From positions 25,419-89,418 of IMG/VR virus record IMGVR_UViG_3300025759_000072: 64,000 nucleotides of DNA. One strand, 5' to 3'. Origin of the DNA: a virus. Positions 1 to 10,327 of the stretch are shown one piece after another (position 1 is the stretch's first letter; the number at the start of each line of letters is the position of its first letter). The notes under the pieces were generated by a model. It worked only from the letters and a program-made list of their open reading frames with translations. It made no database searches and was not told where the DNA came from. The translations under genes were made by a program, and so were the position numbers.

Positions 1-1058
1 ACAGTAACAGTATCAAAATCAAATGCTGCGCTAAGTGTTGTGTTTATATTTGCTGCAGCAAGATTTGTACCGATAACAGCAGTATTTGCGCCAGCAGAAA
101 CAAATGTTGGGCTTGTATTGAGAACAACATCTTTCATAGGTTCGATTGTATTATTATTCACAGAAATGATTTCTGTTGAACCAATCGAACTTACTACAAA
201 GTCTGCTCCTGTTCCGGAACCACCAGTAACTGTTACGGTTGCTCCGACTGTGTAACCGGAACCACCATCATTGATATTCCACTGAACAGCACTGGTATCT
301 GTTGTACCAGTAACAACACCATTTGCATTTACACCAGAAGTCGATGTGAATGAAACCACATCATCTGCACGATGGAAAGCACCACCATATGTTACTTCTA
401 CATCTTGAAGTGGACCAATCGTGTTGATAATAGTAGCACTAACCGTTGGATCGTTGAGTAACTGAATTGTTTCATTGTCTTGGAATATTCCATTGATATC
501 GAGAAGAACCAGTTCATTAACAACAGTACCGATAGCAAATGTTGTTGTGATTCTTTCTACACGAGCAGTTGCACCACTATCTAAACCTTCAATCGTATTA
601 CCAATCAGTAGATTTAAATCACCTACAATCGGACTACCAACACGAATGATTGTATCTTGAACCCAACGACCATCCGAAGCACGAAGAATATCTTCGCCTG
701 GATAATAAAACTCAATCTCTTCATTAAAAAGAATGCGGAATAAAAGTCGATATGATTGTTCTGAACCACGAGAACGATATAGGTCTTTAATGTGTTTTGC
801 AAGAAGTGGTTTGTTCGCAATCATATCTCGTGGAATCGAGTTCATGATTTCACGATGAAAATATTCAAAATACTTATCAGGTGATGTATCGATATCTTGA
901 TAGGAAAGCAAACTCTTTGTCGTATCAATTACATTATTTGCTTGTTCCGTCCACTCGTAGTATGCTTTTATGAACGCAACAAGATTTGGACCCTCATCTC
1001 TTACGAACTGAGGAAACTGTTGCTCTACGAGATTGGATATCTTTTTATCTGTAGACAT
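1..1058 (-). CDS. gp7: Baseplate wedge initiator gp7-like (runs off window start; missing from ORF track)
   Basis: ATG at 1058 overlaps the gp6 stop; reads MSTDKKISNLVEQQFPQFVRDEGPNLVAFIKAYYEW...KDLYRSRGSEQSYRLLFRILFNEEIEFYYP..ASDGRW, typical of marine T4-like gp7 N-termini; follows gp6. Confidence 0.8.
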   Translation of the reverse strand, partial: MSTDKKISNLVEQQFPQFVRDEGPNLVAFIKAYYEWTEQANNVIDTTKSLLSYQDIDTSPDKYFEYFHREIMNSIPRDMIANKPLLAKHIKDLYRSRGSEQSYRLLFRILFNEEIEFYYPGEDILRASDGRWVQDTIIRVGSPIVGDLNLLIGNTIEGLDSGATARVERITTTFAIGTVVNELVLLDINGIFQDNETIQLLNDPTVSATIINTIGPLQDVEVTYGGAFHRADDVVSFTSTSGVNANGVVTGTTDTSAVQWNINDGGSGYTVGATVTVTGGSGTGADFVVSSIGSTEIISVNNNTIEPMKDVVLNTSPTFVSAGANTAVIGTNLAAANINTTLSAAFDFDTVT

Positions 1059-2905
1059 TAATAAACGACCGGATATAGACCTGAATCAATTACGTTAGTT
1101 GTCACACCAGAAGTAGTTGCTGTGACTGTTTGTGCTGTCACTACCGTCGTTGCATCATCAACAACAGTAACTCTTGCGTTTGCAATTAAAAGAATCTGAT
1201 TTCGAATTGCTTTAATGTTATTATCTGCTGGATCAGCAAAAATACTTAGATAACTACCAGAATAAGCCGTAGGAGCAAATGAGTTAAGAGTTACAAGACC
1301 AGTTTGATAGTTTACAGTTCCTGCTGTCTCATCTAGATATACTGTTGTATTTGGTAACTGAATATAATAGATTCGAATATTACCATTACCATCATCATCT
1401 AGATAACATGTCTTTCCTTGATATGTAAACGTACTTGAACTAATCGCAAACCGATGCCCTGTGTGTGGATTATTAATTGCGTTATTAAAGGAAATGTTAT
1501 ATGTCGATGCTGCTGTGACAGAAGGATTGAATCTCTTTTCCATAACTATCGTGGTATTGTTACTCTTAATAGAGTTATCAGCATTATCAATCGCTGATGA
1601 AAACTTAGAATATCTAAATGTTGGATTCTCAAACACACCAAGATTATCATCTTCAAACTTTTCGATTGCATTAACAACCTTTGTCTGAACCGCAGTTGCA
1701 GATAGAGTTGTCAGAGAAGAATCCATATTGACTGTGGTTGTTGGTCTGATGTAAAGATAAGTAGCATTAACAAATTCTGGATCGATTGATAAGACGTTAT
1801 ATTTTTTCAGTTGTGTCTTAATAGCATCTTTTCTATCAGAAGAAATAATCGTGCCACCAATCGGTTTAATCGATATAAACACCTTACCATAAATGGCTGG
1901 TGTGTTTTGTTCTCCACCCCATACTGATACAGACTCAATATCACCATTGTTGTTTAGAATGATCTGTTTATAGTCACCAGCAAGAACAGCACGATTCTGT
2001 GTCTCGAAGTTCTTTGGAGCATTGAACTGAATCGATGTAACTGATTCAATACTTGATCCACCAGATGTTGCTGAGTTTACAAGAACAGAGAATGTTGACT
2101 CACCACCAATCGTTGATGGGTTTGTAAATGTAGAAATATCGTTACCATCTTCACCATTACATACACGATAACTAATGATAACAATATTACCGTTTGTTGG
2201 TGTTTTACCTAATACATTATCCCCGAAATAGATTTCAAACTGCGAGTCTTCTGTTTCTTGTAAAAAGTAAACTGGTGATGTTGCAGTAACTTCAGTGATA
2301 TCATTGGCAAGAGTATACGTTGTTGATGAAGTATCAACAGCAGATTCTTGAATAGTAACTGTAATAGATGTTGTATCAACGTTTTCATTGGGAAGAACAT
2401 AACGAACAGGATTACTTGTGTCAACTGTCCAACGATTTGTAAGTGGTCGACCTTCTACGATTGAAATCGTACCAGTGTAGTTAGCAGCAGAGGAAAAAGT
2501 ATACTCTTGTGGTGTTACAAACTTATAGATGATACCATCGACTGTAGCAGACCATTCTGTGTTTTTCGCAATCGTAATAGAGGCTGGTGAACCCACAGGT
2601 GTTACTGAAATATCAAGTGTTGTAGATGCTCCACGAGCAGAACGTGGCGTGTATCCAATCGCCTTTGCTCTTGAAACAACACTGTCCCGTAACTGAGCGG
2701 AGTCAAGAAACATTTCGTTACCGACCATGCTTGTATAGTAAGCATTCTGGTAAGTGTTATACGCTAAGATATCCAATAACAGACTGACGGTTGAACCTTC
2801 AAAGTTATAATCAAGAAACTCTGGCTTTCCGCTGATATAACCTTTCAACGATGTTTTAATATCATCGAAATCTAATTCTGTTACACTGATAGTCGATTCG
2901 GGCAT
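1058..2905 (-). CDS. gp6: Baseplate wedge subunit gp6
   Basis: LDFDDIK..DYNFEGS..LLDILAYNT..NEMFLDSAQLRDSVVSRAKAIGYTPRS; QNRAV..DY; follows gp25. Confidence 0.95.
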   Translation of the reverse strand: MPESTISVTELDFDDIKTSLKGYISGKPEFLDYNFEGSTVSLLLDILAYNTYQNAYYTSMVGNEMFLDSAQLRDSVVSRAKAIGYTPRSARGASTTLDISVTPVGSPASITIAKNTEWSATVDGIIYKFVTPQEYTFSSAANYTGTISIVEGRPLTNRWTVDTSNPVRYVLPNENVDTTSITVTIQESAVDTSSTTYTLANDITEVTATSPVYFLQETEDSQFEIYFGDNVLGKTPTNGNIVIISYRVCNGEDGNDISTFTNPSTIGGESTFSVLVNSATSGGSSIESVTSIQFNAPKNFETQNRAVLAGDYKQIILNNNGDIESVSVWGGEQNTPAIYGKVFISIKPIGGTIISSDRKDAIKTQLKKYNVLSIDPEFVNATYLYIRPTTTVNMDSSLTTLSATAVQTKVVNAIEKFEDDNLGVFENPTFRYSKFSSAIDNADNSIKSNNTTIVMEKRFNPSVTAASTYNISFNNAINNPHTGHRFAISSSTFTYQGKTCYLDDDGNGNIRIYYIQLPNTTVYLDETAGTVNYQTGLVTLNSFAPTAYSGSYLSIFADPADNNIKAIRNQILLIANARVTVVDDATTVVTAQTVTATTSGVTTNVIDSGLYPVVY

Positions 2906-3301
2906 TTATCGAACCCTTTCTAATAGAACATTGACTACAATTGGTTCTGGATCATTAGCGACTCTAAACCGTATTGTGACGTTTAAGGCATTTGAGTCTT
3001 GATTTGCAGATGTCTTAATATCGTCAATGATTGCTCTTGGTTCATAGTTATCTAATACTTGACGAATGTTCTTTGATATGTTATACTCTGTAAGAGGATC
3101 CATATTTTCAAACAATTGAGAAAGAACATCGCCGCCTAGAATAGGATTGTATGGTCTCTCATAAAAGTTCGTCAGAACTAGATTCTTTACACTCTGTTTT
3201 ACAGACTCACGATTTGTTAATACTTTTACATTACCTGTCACTGGATGAGCAGTAAACTTTAAAGGTATATCTTTAAATACTGGTTCTTTAAGTTCAGGCA
3301 T
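2906..3301 (-). CDS. gp25: Baseplate wedge subunit gp25
   Basis: SVKQSVKNLVLTNFYERPYNP..G..LFEN..YEPRA motif. Confidence 0.93.
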   Translation of the reverse strand: MPELKEPVFKDIPLKFTAHPVTGNVKVLTNRESVKQSVKNLVLTNFYERPYNPILGGDVLSQLFENMDPLTEYNISKNIRQVLDNYEPRAIIDDIKTSANQDSNALNVTIRFRVANDPEPIVVNVLLERVR

Positions 3302-3323
3302 ATTACATCTCTTTTGTTTTTAT

Positions 3324-3331
3324 TATTTATA
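3324..3331 (-). promoter_or_regulatory. T4-type late promoter TATAAATA upstream of gp25
   Basis: Exact consensus about 22 nt upstream of the gp25 ATG. Confidence 0.8.
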
Positions 3332-3335
3332 TTGA

Positions 3336-4664
3336 TTATCTACCAAGACCACCTAGAATAAATGAAGTGTGATGACCGGCTGAACCCCAAGCATTATCTG
3401 GTTTTGGTGCTGTTTTTATTTCTTCTAATTTTTTAATATCTTCATTTAATTCTTTCTGACTTTGTTTCATTTGTTCTGATAAATTACCCATAAAACTTGA
3501 AACACCTGAGTTAATGTTTTCTGTAGATACCAATCCACCAAGGTCTTTAAATAAACCATTAAATCCTTGCGAAGCTATCATAGCATCTTTTTGCACATCC
3601 CCTGTAGATTCTGATGGTAAGTTTCTCCAATCAGATCCTGTTGTAACTTCTTCCGTTTTTGGTACAGATTTTATTCTATCATTAATCTCTTGTAGTTGAT
3701 TTCTTTTCACTTGAAGTAGTTTATCCCTTTTTGCAAAGAATGATGCTTCATATTCCTCATTAGTTGTAAATCCTTCAGCTACTAAATCACCAAGACCAGA
3801 TGTTGTTTTTTCTATAACACCAGAATTTAATAATGACTGACCAGCTTCGGATAATCTATCAGTAATTTCCATAAATTTCACTTGCATACCACCCATTACT
3901 TCTGGAACAGGTACTGATTCTGTCTTTAAGTTTTTAGGCATAGTTGACAATTGAGGTGGAGCAAATGAACCAAATATTTTTTTGATTTCACCAGTTTTTG
4001 CAGTAATTGTTGGTTTTGCCTTGTTTACAACATCTTCGGCTTTCAATGCTACTTCTTCAAGACCCTTTTTCAACTTCTCTGTTGGCAACTTAATGGCATC
4101 TGTCGTTGGTACGTCTGGAACATATGCTTTTGTTGTGTACTCATATCCATTAATATTACCATCTTCATCATATGTTGGTGTTGCATCAATATTTGGAACT
4201 GCTTTGCAGATATCAAACGATGATAATGCGTTTTGAATTTCAGCAAACTTCGCTGTCAAATCTCCGGTAAATCCTGCAAGACTTCCCTGCAACTCACTCA
4301 GACCGCCTGTAATTTCTTTTAAGATATCTTCAAGACCACTTGTTGCTTCGCCAAATACTTCGCGAATCTCAGCAAGTTTACTATCAATCTGTGATGCATT
4401 TAATGGATTACCAAGCAGACCAACAAGTTCATTTAATTCTTTCTGAAGGTTTGGAAGTTCTGCTTTAATCTCTGGTATTAGACCATTGAGTTCGCCAAGA
4501 GCATCATCAAGTGCACCACCTAACTCGCTCTGTAGACTAGCAATAGAATCAGCAATACCACCCGCTCCTGATGTTAAATTTGCAAGAGCATCCTCAATCG
4601 CTTTTTGTGCGTCATCTAATGCTTGTAAATCTAAACTTATTCCACATAAACCTAAATCAGCCAT
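3336..4664 (-). CDS. Hypothetical helical protein in baseplate module
   Basis: 442 aa, coupled to the gp5 stop; Leu/Ala/Glu-rich amphipathic helices. Confidence 0.75.
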   Translation of the reverse strand: MADLGLCGISLDLQALDDAQKAIEDALANLTSGAGGIADSIASLQSELGGALDDALGELNGLIPEIKAELPNLQKELNELVGLLGNPLNASQIDSKLAEIREVFGEATSGLEDILKEITGGLSELQGSLAGFTGDLTAKFAEIQNALSSFDICKAVPNIDATPTYDEDGNINGYEYTTKAYVPDVPTTDAIKLPTEKLKKGLEEVALKAEDVVNKAKPTITAKTGEIKKIFGSFAPPQLSTMPKNLKTESVPVPEVMGGMQVKFMEITDRLSEAGQSLLNSGVIEKTTSGLGDLVAEGFTTNEEYEASFFAKRDKLLQVKRNQLQEINDRIKSVPKTEEVTTGSDWRNLPSESTGDVQKDAMIASQGFNGLFKDLGGLVSTENINSGVSSFMGNLSEQMKQSQKELNEDIKKLEEIKTAPKPDNAWGSAGHHTSFILGGLGR

Positions 4665-6193
4665 TATAGATTATCCACTGTTGAGTTGGTAGTATCATTG
4701 ATACCAGTTCTACCAATTGGTCCTGTTGCATTAGTATGATCATCAAAGTTATCTGCAATCCATGTATAAGTATCACCACCAACATGTTTATAGTATGCTT
4801 GGTCATAGCGAATATGAGCGTCACCATTGTAATCAATAGAAGACTTCGCATTGTATTTTCTTGTAGCAGCACCAGTAAATGTCATTGAAGATGTTGACTG
4901 AAACTCTTCGTTAGCAGCGCCAGTTGATGTATGTTTAAATGTACCACCATTTGCAATACTCATGTTACCAGCCGCAGCAAAGTCAATGTTTTTAATTGAA
5001 ACAATTTGTGTATTGCCAGTAACGGTAAGTTTACTGTTAACTTGAACTGTTTTTGCTTCACTATATTTAATCGTTGTTTTCTTATTTTTACCTACTATTT
5101 CAGTATAATTTCCATCAATAGTTGACCTACGATCACCAGTGACTCTTTCTGCTTTATTACCATTGATTTGTGTGGACTCGTTTGTCAATACTTCTTTTAG
5201 ATCATTACCTTGAATCTTTGTAACACGATCACCACGAACTGTGACGTACTGATTGCCATCAACTTCTGTGTAATGATCTCCTTGAATATATAACTTGGCA
5301 TTGCCTTTCACAGTAATGTTCTGTGTACCTTGAATGTATATGTTCTCATCACTAACTACAACTTCATAGTTCTTACCAACGACTTTGGTAACACGAGTAC
5401 CATCTGATTGAATTTCTTCAAATGTGCCAGCATTATGATACTGATGGATTCTACCAATACCTGGAGTATCATCAATTTCAAACACATGACCTGACTCAGA
5501 ACGATATACATGATTATATGGATAACTTGATGCTGAACCCTCTTCTCTTTGTGGACCTTCTCCACCATAACGAGCATTAGGTTCATGCCAATAAGGAGTT
5601 GTATCTTTACCTTCACTGTCTTCAGCATAGTCAGCATCAGCGCCAACTGTAGGACCAACAGCACCTTTTTGATAAGTGTCGCTCGTTCCATATCTTGATC
5701 TAAGAGAAGCAAGATCAGGAGCCGTTGCCGTTGGAACATCTCTTAATCGATTATTTCTTTTTGCGATTAATGAAGCATCTGATTCAGCGACTATTCCGTT
5801 ACGAGCGAGTCTTGGTGTATCTGGTTGAAACAAACTGTCAAGTGTTGGATAGTTACCTTTGGGATCTGAAAATCCATTTGTAGTCATTTCAGTTGGAATA
5901 CCAGCCAACGAACCCATAATGACAGGTCTTTGTGCTTCTTTACCATCAGCAAAGAAACCAACAACCCAAGTTCCTTCTAACAATCCAGTAGCAGACCTAC
6001 CAATACCACTATTAGCAGCTGATGTGATTGGTTGTATTGGTTGTGCCCAAGGTAAATCTTTTGTTGGCAACTCTTTTAGATCATCGGTATGCCAACCATA
6101 ACAACGAACTCGCACACGACCAAGTTCAAGAGGATCAGCACGATCCTCTACAACTCCATACCACCATACAAATTCTTCACCTAAGTTTTTCAT
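4664..6193 (-). CDS. gp5: Baseplate hub/central spike gp5 (OB-fold plus beta-helix, no lysozyme domain)
   Basis: WWYGVVEDRADPLELGRVRVRCYGWH..LPWAQP; YPYNHV..ESGHVFEIDDTPG; V-x-G beta-helix repeats. Confidence 0.93.
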   Translation of the reverse strand: MKNLGEEFVWWYGVVEDRADPLELGRVRVRCYGWHTDDLKELPTKDLPWAQPIQPITSAANSGIGRSATGLLEGTWVVGFFADGKEAQRPVIMGSLAGIPTEMTTNGFSDPKGNYPTLDSLFQPDTPRLARNGIVAESDASLIAKRNNRLRDVPTATAPDLASLRSRYGTSDTYQKGAVGPTVGADADYAEDSEGKDTTPYWHEPNARYGGEGPQREEGSASSYPYNHVYRSESGHVFEIDDTPGIGRIHQYHNAGTFEEIQSDGTRVTKVVGKNYEVVVSDENIYIQGTQNITVKGNAKLYIQGDHYTEVDGNQYVTVRGDRVTKIQGNDLKEVLTNESTQINGNKAERVTGDRRSTIDGNYTEIVGKNKKTTIKYSEAKTVQVNSKLTVTGNTQIVSIKNIDFAAAGNMSIANGGTFKHTSTGAANEEFQSTSSMTFTGAATRKYNAKSSIDYNGDAHIRYDQAYYKHVGGDTYTWIADNFDDHTNATGPIGRTGINDTTNSTVDNL

Positions 6194-7635
6194 TCTTCTG
6201 GTTCCATATTATCTGTAGTCAATTTTACTTCTTCACCAATTATATCTTTTGCGTACACGTCTTTGACACATTCTAATACAGTAAAAAAATTATCGTCTGC
6301 GCTGTTAATATTGTGACGAATTGCTGTTACGAAAAAACGATTTCCAAACAATAGATTTTCTTTATTTAAATATAATTCATTCTCTGTATTTTGGGGTATG
6401 TGTAAGTTGATGATATTTCCAATTTCAATATCAGTGTTGCCAGGAATAGTAACTTCAAGAACAATATTATTTAATTGTAATCTAGATGCATGATTGTATT
6501 TGAACCACTCATGAAGTTTTTTTGGATTTCGAATTTGCGAATCTGTTCCTTTTGCTTTTACAAGAAAATCTTGATTTGAATAATCTTCGCCTATGTTACT
6601 AATCATATACAAAGAAGCTGATGTATCAATGTCTTCCGAATATATTGATTTTTTTGAAAACAAAGATTTATTTTTCTCGGTATGACTAATATATTTTGCA
6701 TCTTTACTATACGTGAATGTATCCGTTTTGAACCTTTTTGTAATAGGATCAATCGATTCAATTTTATGAAAGAACATACCAGTGTTTAATCTTTCAAGAT
6801 TATCAAACTGACGAATCTTTTTAATCTCCATAATGATTTGATGAGATTTAATTTTTGATTTGATTTTATCTTGACCATCTAAAGAAGCATCCATTAGAAA
6901 AAAGTCTTCGACTTTTTCTTTATTTAATAAGTAATCAAGAGTATGTAGATACCATCCATCATAACTCTCATAAAATATGAAATTAGAAGCAAGACTCGTT
7001 TCTTCGAATTCTATTTCTTCTTGTGGTTTTGAATATTTTTCATAAGCGTATTTTTTAATTGTGCCTCGACTTTTTGACTGTGTTTCTATAGAAACTTGAT
7101 TAATAGCTTTTAAAGGAGAAACACCAGGAAAAACAAAAGACTTATTTTCAACCGTTTCTTGTAAATATAGATTTTTCTTTCTTACAATACCAAACTCTTC
7201 TTTTGGTTCTAGATAAGAAGCATATATTGCTTTAATAATATTATCGCCTGTCATATCTATATAAGATTTATTGACCGATTTTCTTCCATTATTAATTAGT
7301 TCTTGTGAACAAGCACACAACACAAACGCTTCAGACCTTCCACTTATTTCTCTTCTATTTTCGATTTTATATACACGAAAAACATATTGAAGAAGTTTTT
7401 CAGTATTCGGTGTTTTAAAACGAACAACAAGCAATTCATCACCGACAATCGGTGCCATCTCAATAATGCCTTTGGAATCTAATATAGCGACTTCACAATA
7501 CACACCCTGTTGGTACATGTCATGAAAAATTACAAACTCTTGCGCGATAAAGCGAAGAGGTATTATTGTTCCATTATATGTAATCAGTTCGATGCTGCGA
7601 ATATCAACAGCATTCGGTGCACCTGGTTTTGCCAT
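6190..7635 (-). CDS. Baseplate hub protein (gp27-like)
   Basis: 481 aa between gp53 and gp5; IPGNTDIEIGNIINL..FFVTAIRH hub-type C-terminus. Confidence 0.65.
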   Translation of the reverse strand: MAKPGAPNAVDIRSIELITYNGTIIPLRFIAQEFVIFHDMYQQGVYCEVAILDSKGIIEMAPIVGDELLVVRFKTPNTEKLLQYVFRVYKIENRREISGRSEAFVLCACSQELINNGRKSVNKSYIDMTGDNIIKAIYASYLEPKEEFGIVRKKNLYLQETVENKSFVFPGVSPLKAINQVSIETQSKSRGTIKKYAYEKYSKPQEEIEFEETSLASNFIFYESYDGWYLHTLDYLLNKEKVEDFFLMDASLDGQDKIKSKIKSHQIIMEIKKIRQFDNLERLNTGMFFHKIESIDPITKRFKTDTFTYSKDAKYISHTEKNKSLFSKKSIYSEDIDTSASLYMISNIGEDYSNQDFLVKAKGTDSQIRNPKKLHEWFKYNHASRLQLNNIVLEVTIPGNTDIEIGNIINLHIPQNTENELYLNKENLLFGNRFFVTAIRHNINSADDNFFTVLECVKDVYAKDIIGEEVKLTTDNMEPEE

Positions 7636-8201
7636 TATTCAAAAATACTTTCAGCTTCAGACAAAAATTGACCAAGATAATTTTTTTGTAAAATCTTTAA
7701 TGTTCTTTTCTTTTCGTTTTCTTCAACTTCATATGTATAACTATCTACTTCACGTTTCTCATCAACTGGCAATCCAGCATATGTGGTTGCATCAACATTC
7801 AATCGTTTTTCTGGTACAATGGTACCATCAAAAAGTTTTTGAAATGGTTGATAGATCCATTCATAATGGTGTGTTTGTTGCTGGGCTGTTTCAATAGAAC
7901 CATACTTTCCTCTAACATAGTTTACAAAATCTTGATAACCAAGAGGTAAGTCATATTGTGGATCGATAATATCATTTGTAATCATTATAACCCAATCAAG
8001 AGAAACATCACCATAATATCTATTAGCAACATATTGCAATGTTTGCCCTTCCTGTAAATCATATGTATAGTATAATGCAGTTCTATTTTTAAGAACATTA
8101 ACAAGTTTAAATCTAACAAGAGGATTTTGAATGACTCTGTTAGTACCATCCTTTAACAAATCATATTGAATTGTTGGATGATTTCGAAAATAAAAAGCCA
8201 T
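7635..8201 (-). CDS. gp53: Baseplate wedge subunit gp53
   Basis: YF..P.I.Y; ANRYYGD..LDWVIMITNDIIDPQYDLPL; E.EENEKKR.LKIL. Confidence 0.9.
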   Translation of the reverse strand: MAFYFRNHPTIQYDLLKDGTNRVIQNPLVRFKLVNVLKNRTALYYTYDLQEGQTLQYVANRYYGDVSLDWVIMITNDIIDPQYDLPLGYQDFVNYVRGKYGSIETAQQQTHHYEWIYQPFQKLFDGTIVPEKRLNVDATTYAGLPVDEKREVDSYTYEVEENEKKRTLKILQKNYLGQFLSEAESIFE

Positions 8202-8203
8202 TT

Positions 8204-9235
8204 TTACCTCTTATAATTATCGATTGATTCTTTTGTCAATGTCGTGACTTCTTGGAAAGACAAACCAATTTGAATTGATACTGGAACCTTTACAGTTTCT
8301 GAGGCTTGTTGTTCTTCTTCGCCGAGTTCATCTACAACAACTTCCTTTGTAAAGTATAATGGTTGACCTTCTGCATGGTAATTAACCGAAACATTTTTTA
8401 ATACAGATGGGCCAATATTAAACAAAAATTCATGGTGATGGAAATCAATTTCAAATTGTTCTGGATAATCATAGAAAAATTGAAGGAAACTACCAGCTCC
8501 TGCCGCTTGACTTGGAGCAGAATAGTATTTTAATAATTTAATAATATTCAAAATTGCTACAGATTCTTCAAAGTTTTTGGCAACGACTTTCCATGAAAAT
8601 TCGTGAACACGAAATTCTGGTTGAGAATATAATAACGCCATATATGGATTTCTTGCTAATCCAGCGCCGCCTAATGCTCCTTGACCATAAGGAGTTGCAC
8701 CAGCAGCACCAGCTAATGTGTATACTCCATATGCTCCGGCTGTTTTCGCTGCTGAAGCAGGATCAGTTTTATCCCAAACTTCTTTTAATTTTTTACCTAT
8801 AGTAGAAGCAGCGCCACCTGCAGCATCCAAACCTTTTGATAAATCTAAATTAAAAACAGCGTCAACAAGTTTATCAGCGTTATTTCCTAAACTATTTATC
8901 GTACTTCTAAGTTTAGCGCCAGCAAGAGCGTTACCAATAGGACCGATACCCTCAGCGTTATATGTTTGATTATATGCAGTTGCTAAGTTTAATGGTAAAG
9001 GTAAAAATATTCTGGCCAAATCTGCATTTAGTAGATAATCTTGTTCTCGCCGCAAACTGCTTGATGATCTTTTTATGATACGAATAGCCATCCAATGATC
9101 TATTTCTTGTATATTTTCTGGAAAATAAAAACTTTCAGCAGAATTTGTTCCACCAAGAGCGGCAGCAAGTTCATCGTGTGCTGGTTTTTCATACGAAGCA
9201 TTGTCTCCTAAAATTTCAGATGGTTTTTTGGACAT
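8204..9235 (-). CDS. gp48: Baseplate tail-tube cap gp48
   Basis: IFLPLP; NPYMALLYSQPEFRVHEFSW; LSFQE..LTKE; start set at MSKK (9235), downstream of the late promoter. Confidence 0.75.
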   Translation of the reverse strand: MSKKPSEILGDNASYEKPAHDELAAALGGTNSAESFYFPENIQEIDHWMAIRIIKRSSSSLRREQDYLLNADLARIFLPLPLNLATAYNQTYNAEGIGPIGNALAGAKLRSTINSLGNNADKLVDAVFNLDLSKGLDAAGGAASTIGKKLKEVWDKTDPASAAKTAGAYGVYTLAGAAGATPYGQGALGGAGLARNPYMALLYSQPEFRVHEFSWKVVAKNFEESVAILNIIKLLKYYSAPSQAAGAGSFLQFFYDYPEQFEIDFHHHEFLFNIGPSVLKNVSVNYHAEGQPLYFTKEVVVDELGEEEQQASETVKVPVSIQIGLSFQEVTTLTKESIDNYKR

Positions 9236-9272
9236 ATAAATAATCCTTGTAAACGGGGTTTGATTATTTATA
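9235..9272. promoter_or_regulatory. Face-to-face pair of late promoters: TATAAATA on + (9235-9242, for gp4) and on - (9265-9272, for gp48)
   Basis: Both exact consensus, in the short gap between the divergent genes. Confidence 0.8.
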
Positions 9273-9710
9273 ATGACTTCACTCAAAGGCAGATATCGAC
9301 CAACTCATCCACAGAAGTACAAAGGCGATCCGACGAACATTATCTATCGTAGTTCGTGGGAGTTAAAGTATATGAAGTGGTGTGATCATAATCAGGCTGT
9401 GATCCAGTGGCAGTCCGAAGAGTTTTCTATACCGTATCGTCATCCGATAGATGGTAAGGTGCATAGATATTTCCCTGACTTTCTTGTTAAAATAAAAACA
9501 TCACATGATATCGTTGAGACATGGGTGATAGAAATCAAACCTATGTATCAAGTCAAAGAACCAAAGCCACAGAATCGTAAAACAAAGAAGTATCTAACAG
9601 AAGTCAAGACGTATGCAATCAATCGTTACAAATGGGACTATGCTATTGAGTGGTGTAAAGATCGTGGATACAAGTTCATCATACTCACTGAGAAAGAGTT
9701 GAATGTTTAA
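9273..9710 (+). CDS. gp4: Head completion protein gp4
   Basis: KYKGDPTNIIYRSSWE..W.SEE..IPY..HRYFPDF..EIKP. Confidence 0.95.
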   Translation: MTSLKGRYRPTHPQKYKGDPTNIIYRSSWELKYMKWCDHNQAVIQWQSEEFSIPYRHPIDGKVHRYFPDFLVKIKTSHDIVETWVIEIKPMYQVKEPKPQNRKTKKYLTEVKTYAINRYKWDYAIEWCKDRGYKFIILTEKELNV

Positions 9711-9718
9711 TATAAATA
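9711..9718 (+). promoter_or_regulatory. Late promoter TATAAATA upstream of gp2
   Basis: Exact consensus followed by AGGAG and a TTG start. Confidence 0.8.
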
Positions 9719-9736
9719 ATCAAAAGGAGTACTGCT

Positions 9737-10324
9737 TTGGTAGCATACATATTCGATAAGATGTTAGTACAGGGTGTTCGTTCTGGTCAAATCCCCGCTC
9801 GAACACAACAGTCTCGTGATTGGTTTCGTGATAAGGCTAAGAATGCAAGTGTGACTCCAACAAAGTTAATGAAAGAAGACGTTTCTCGGTTTGTGAATCG
9901 AGCAACAGTTGGTAAGATGTATCACTTTTACTATGATCCAAAACATAAGAAGACACTACCTTACTATGATACATTTCCATTGATTTTTAAAGTGAAGAAT
10001 GTTCCTAATGGATTTCTTGGTCTCAATCTTCACTATCTTCCATTAAGACAACGAGCAGTGTTGATGGATGCATTATATGATTTGACAACAAATACAAAGT
10101 ATGATGAAACAACGAAGTTAAGAATCAGTTATGATATTTTGAATGGAGCGGCGAAGTATAAGTGGTTTAAACCAACATTGAAGATGTATCTAAACAAACA
10201 TGTGCGATCAAGGTTTTTAGAGATTAGTTCTGTCGAATGGGATATGGCATTATTCCTTCCAACAGAAAGATTTGAGAAATCAAGTAAACGATCTGTCTGG
10301 AAAGACAGCAGACAAATGGTATAA
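9737..10324 (+). CDS. gp2: DNA end protector protein gp2
   Basis: YDPKHKKTLPYYDTFPL..GFLGLNLHYLP; LPTERF. Confidence 0.95.
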   Translation: MVAYIFDKMLVQGVRSGQIPARTQQSRDWFRDKAKNASVTPTKLMKEDVSRFVNRATVGKMYHFYYDPKHKKTLPYYDTFPLIFKVKNVPNGFLGLNLHYLPLRQRAVLMDALYDLTTNTKYDETTKLRISYDILNGAAKYKWFKPTLKMYLNKHVRSRFLEISSVEWDMALFLPTERFEKSSKRSVWKDSRQMV

Positions 10325-10327
10325 CAA

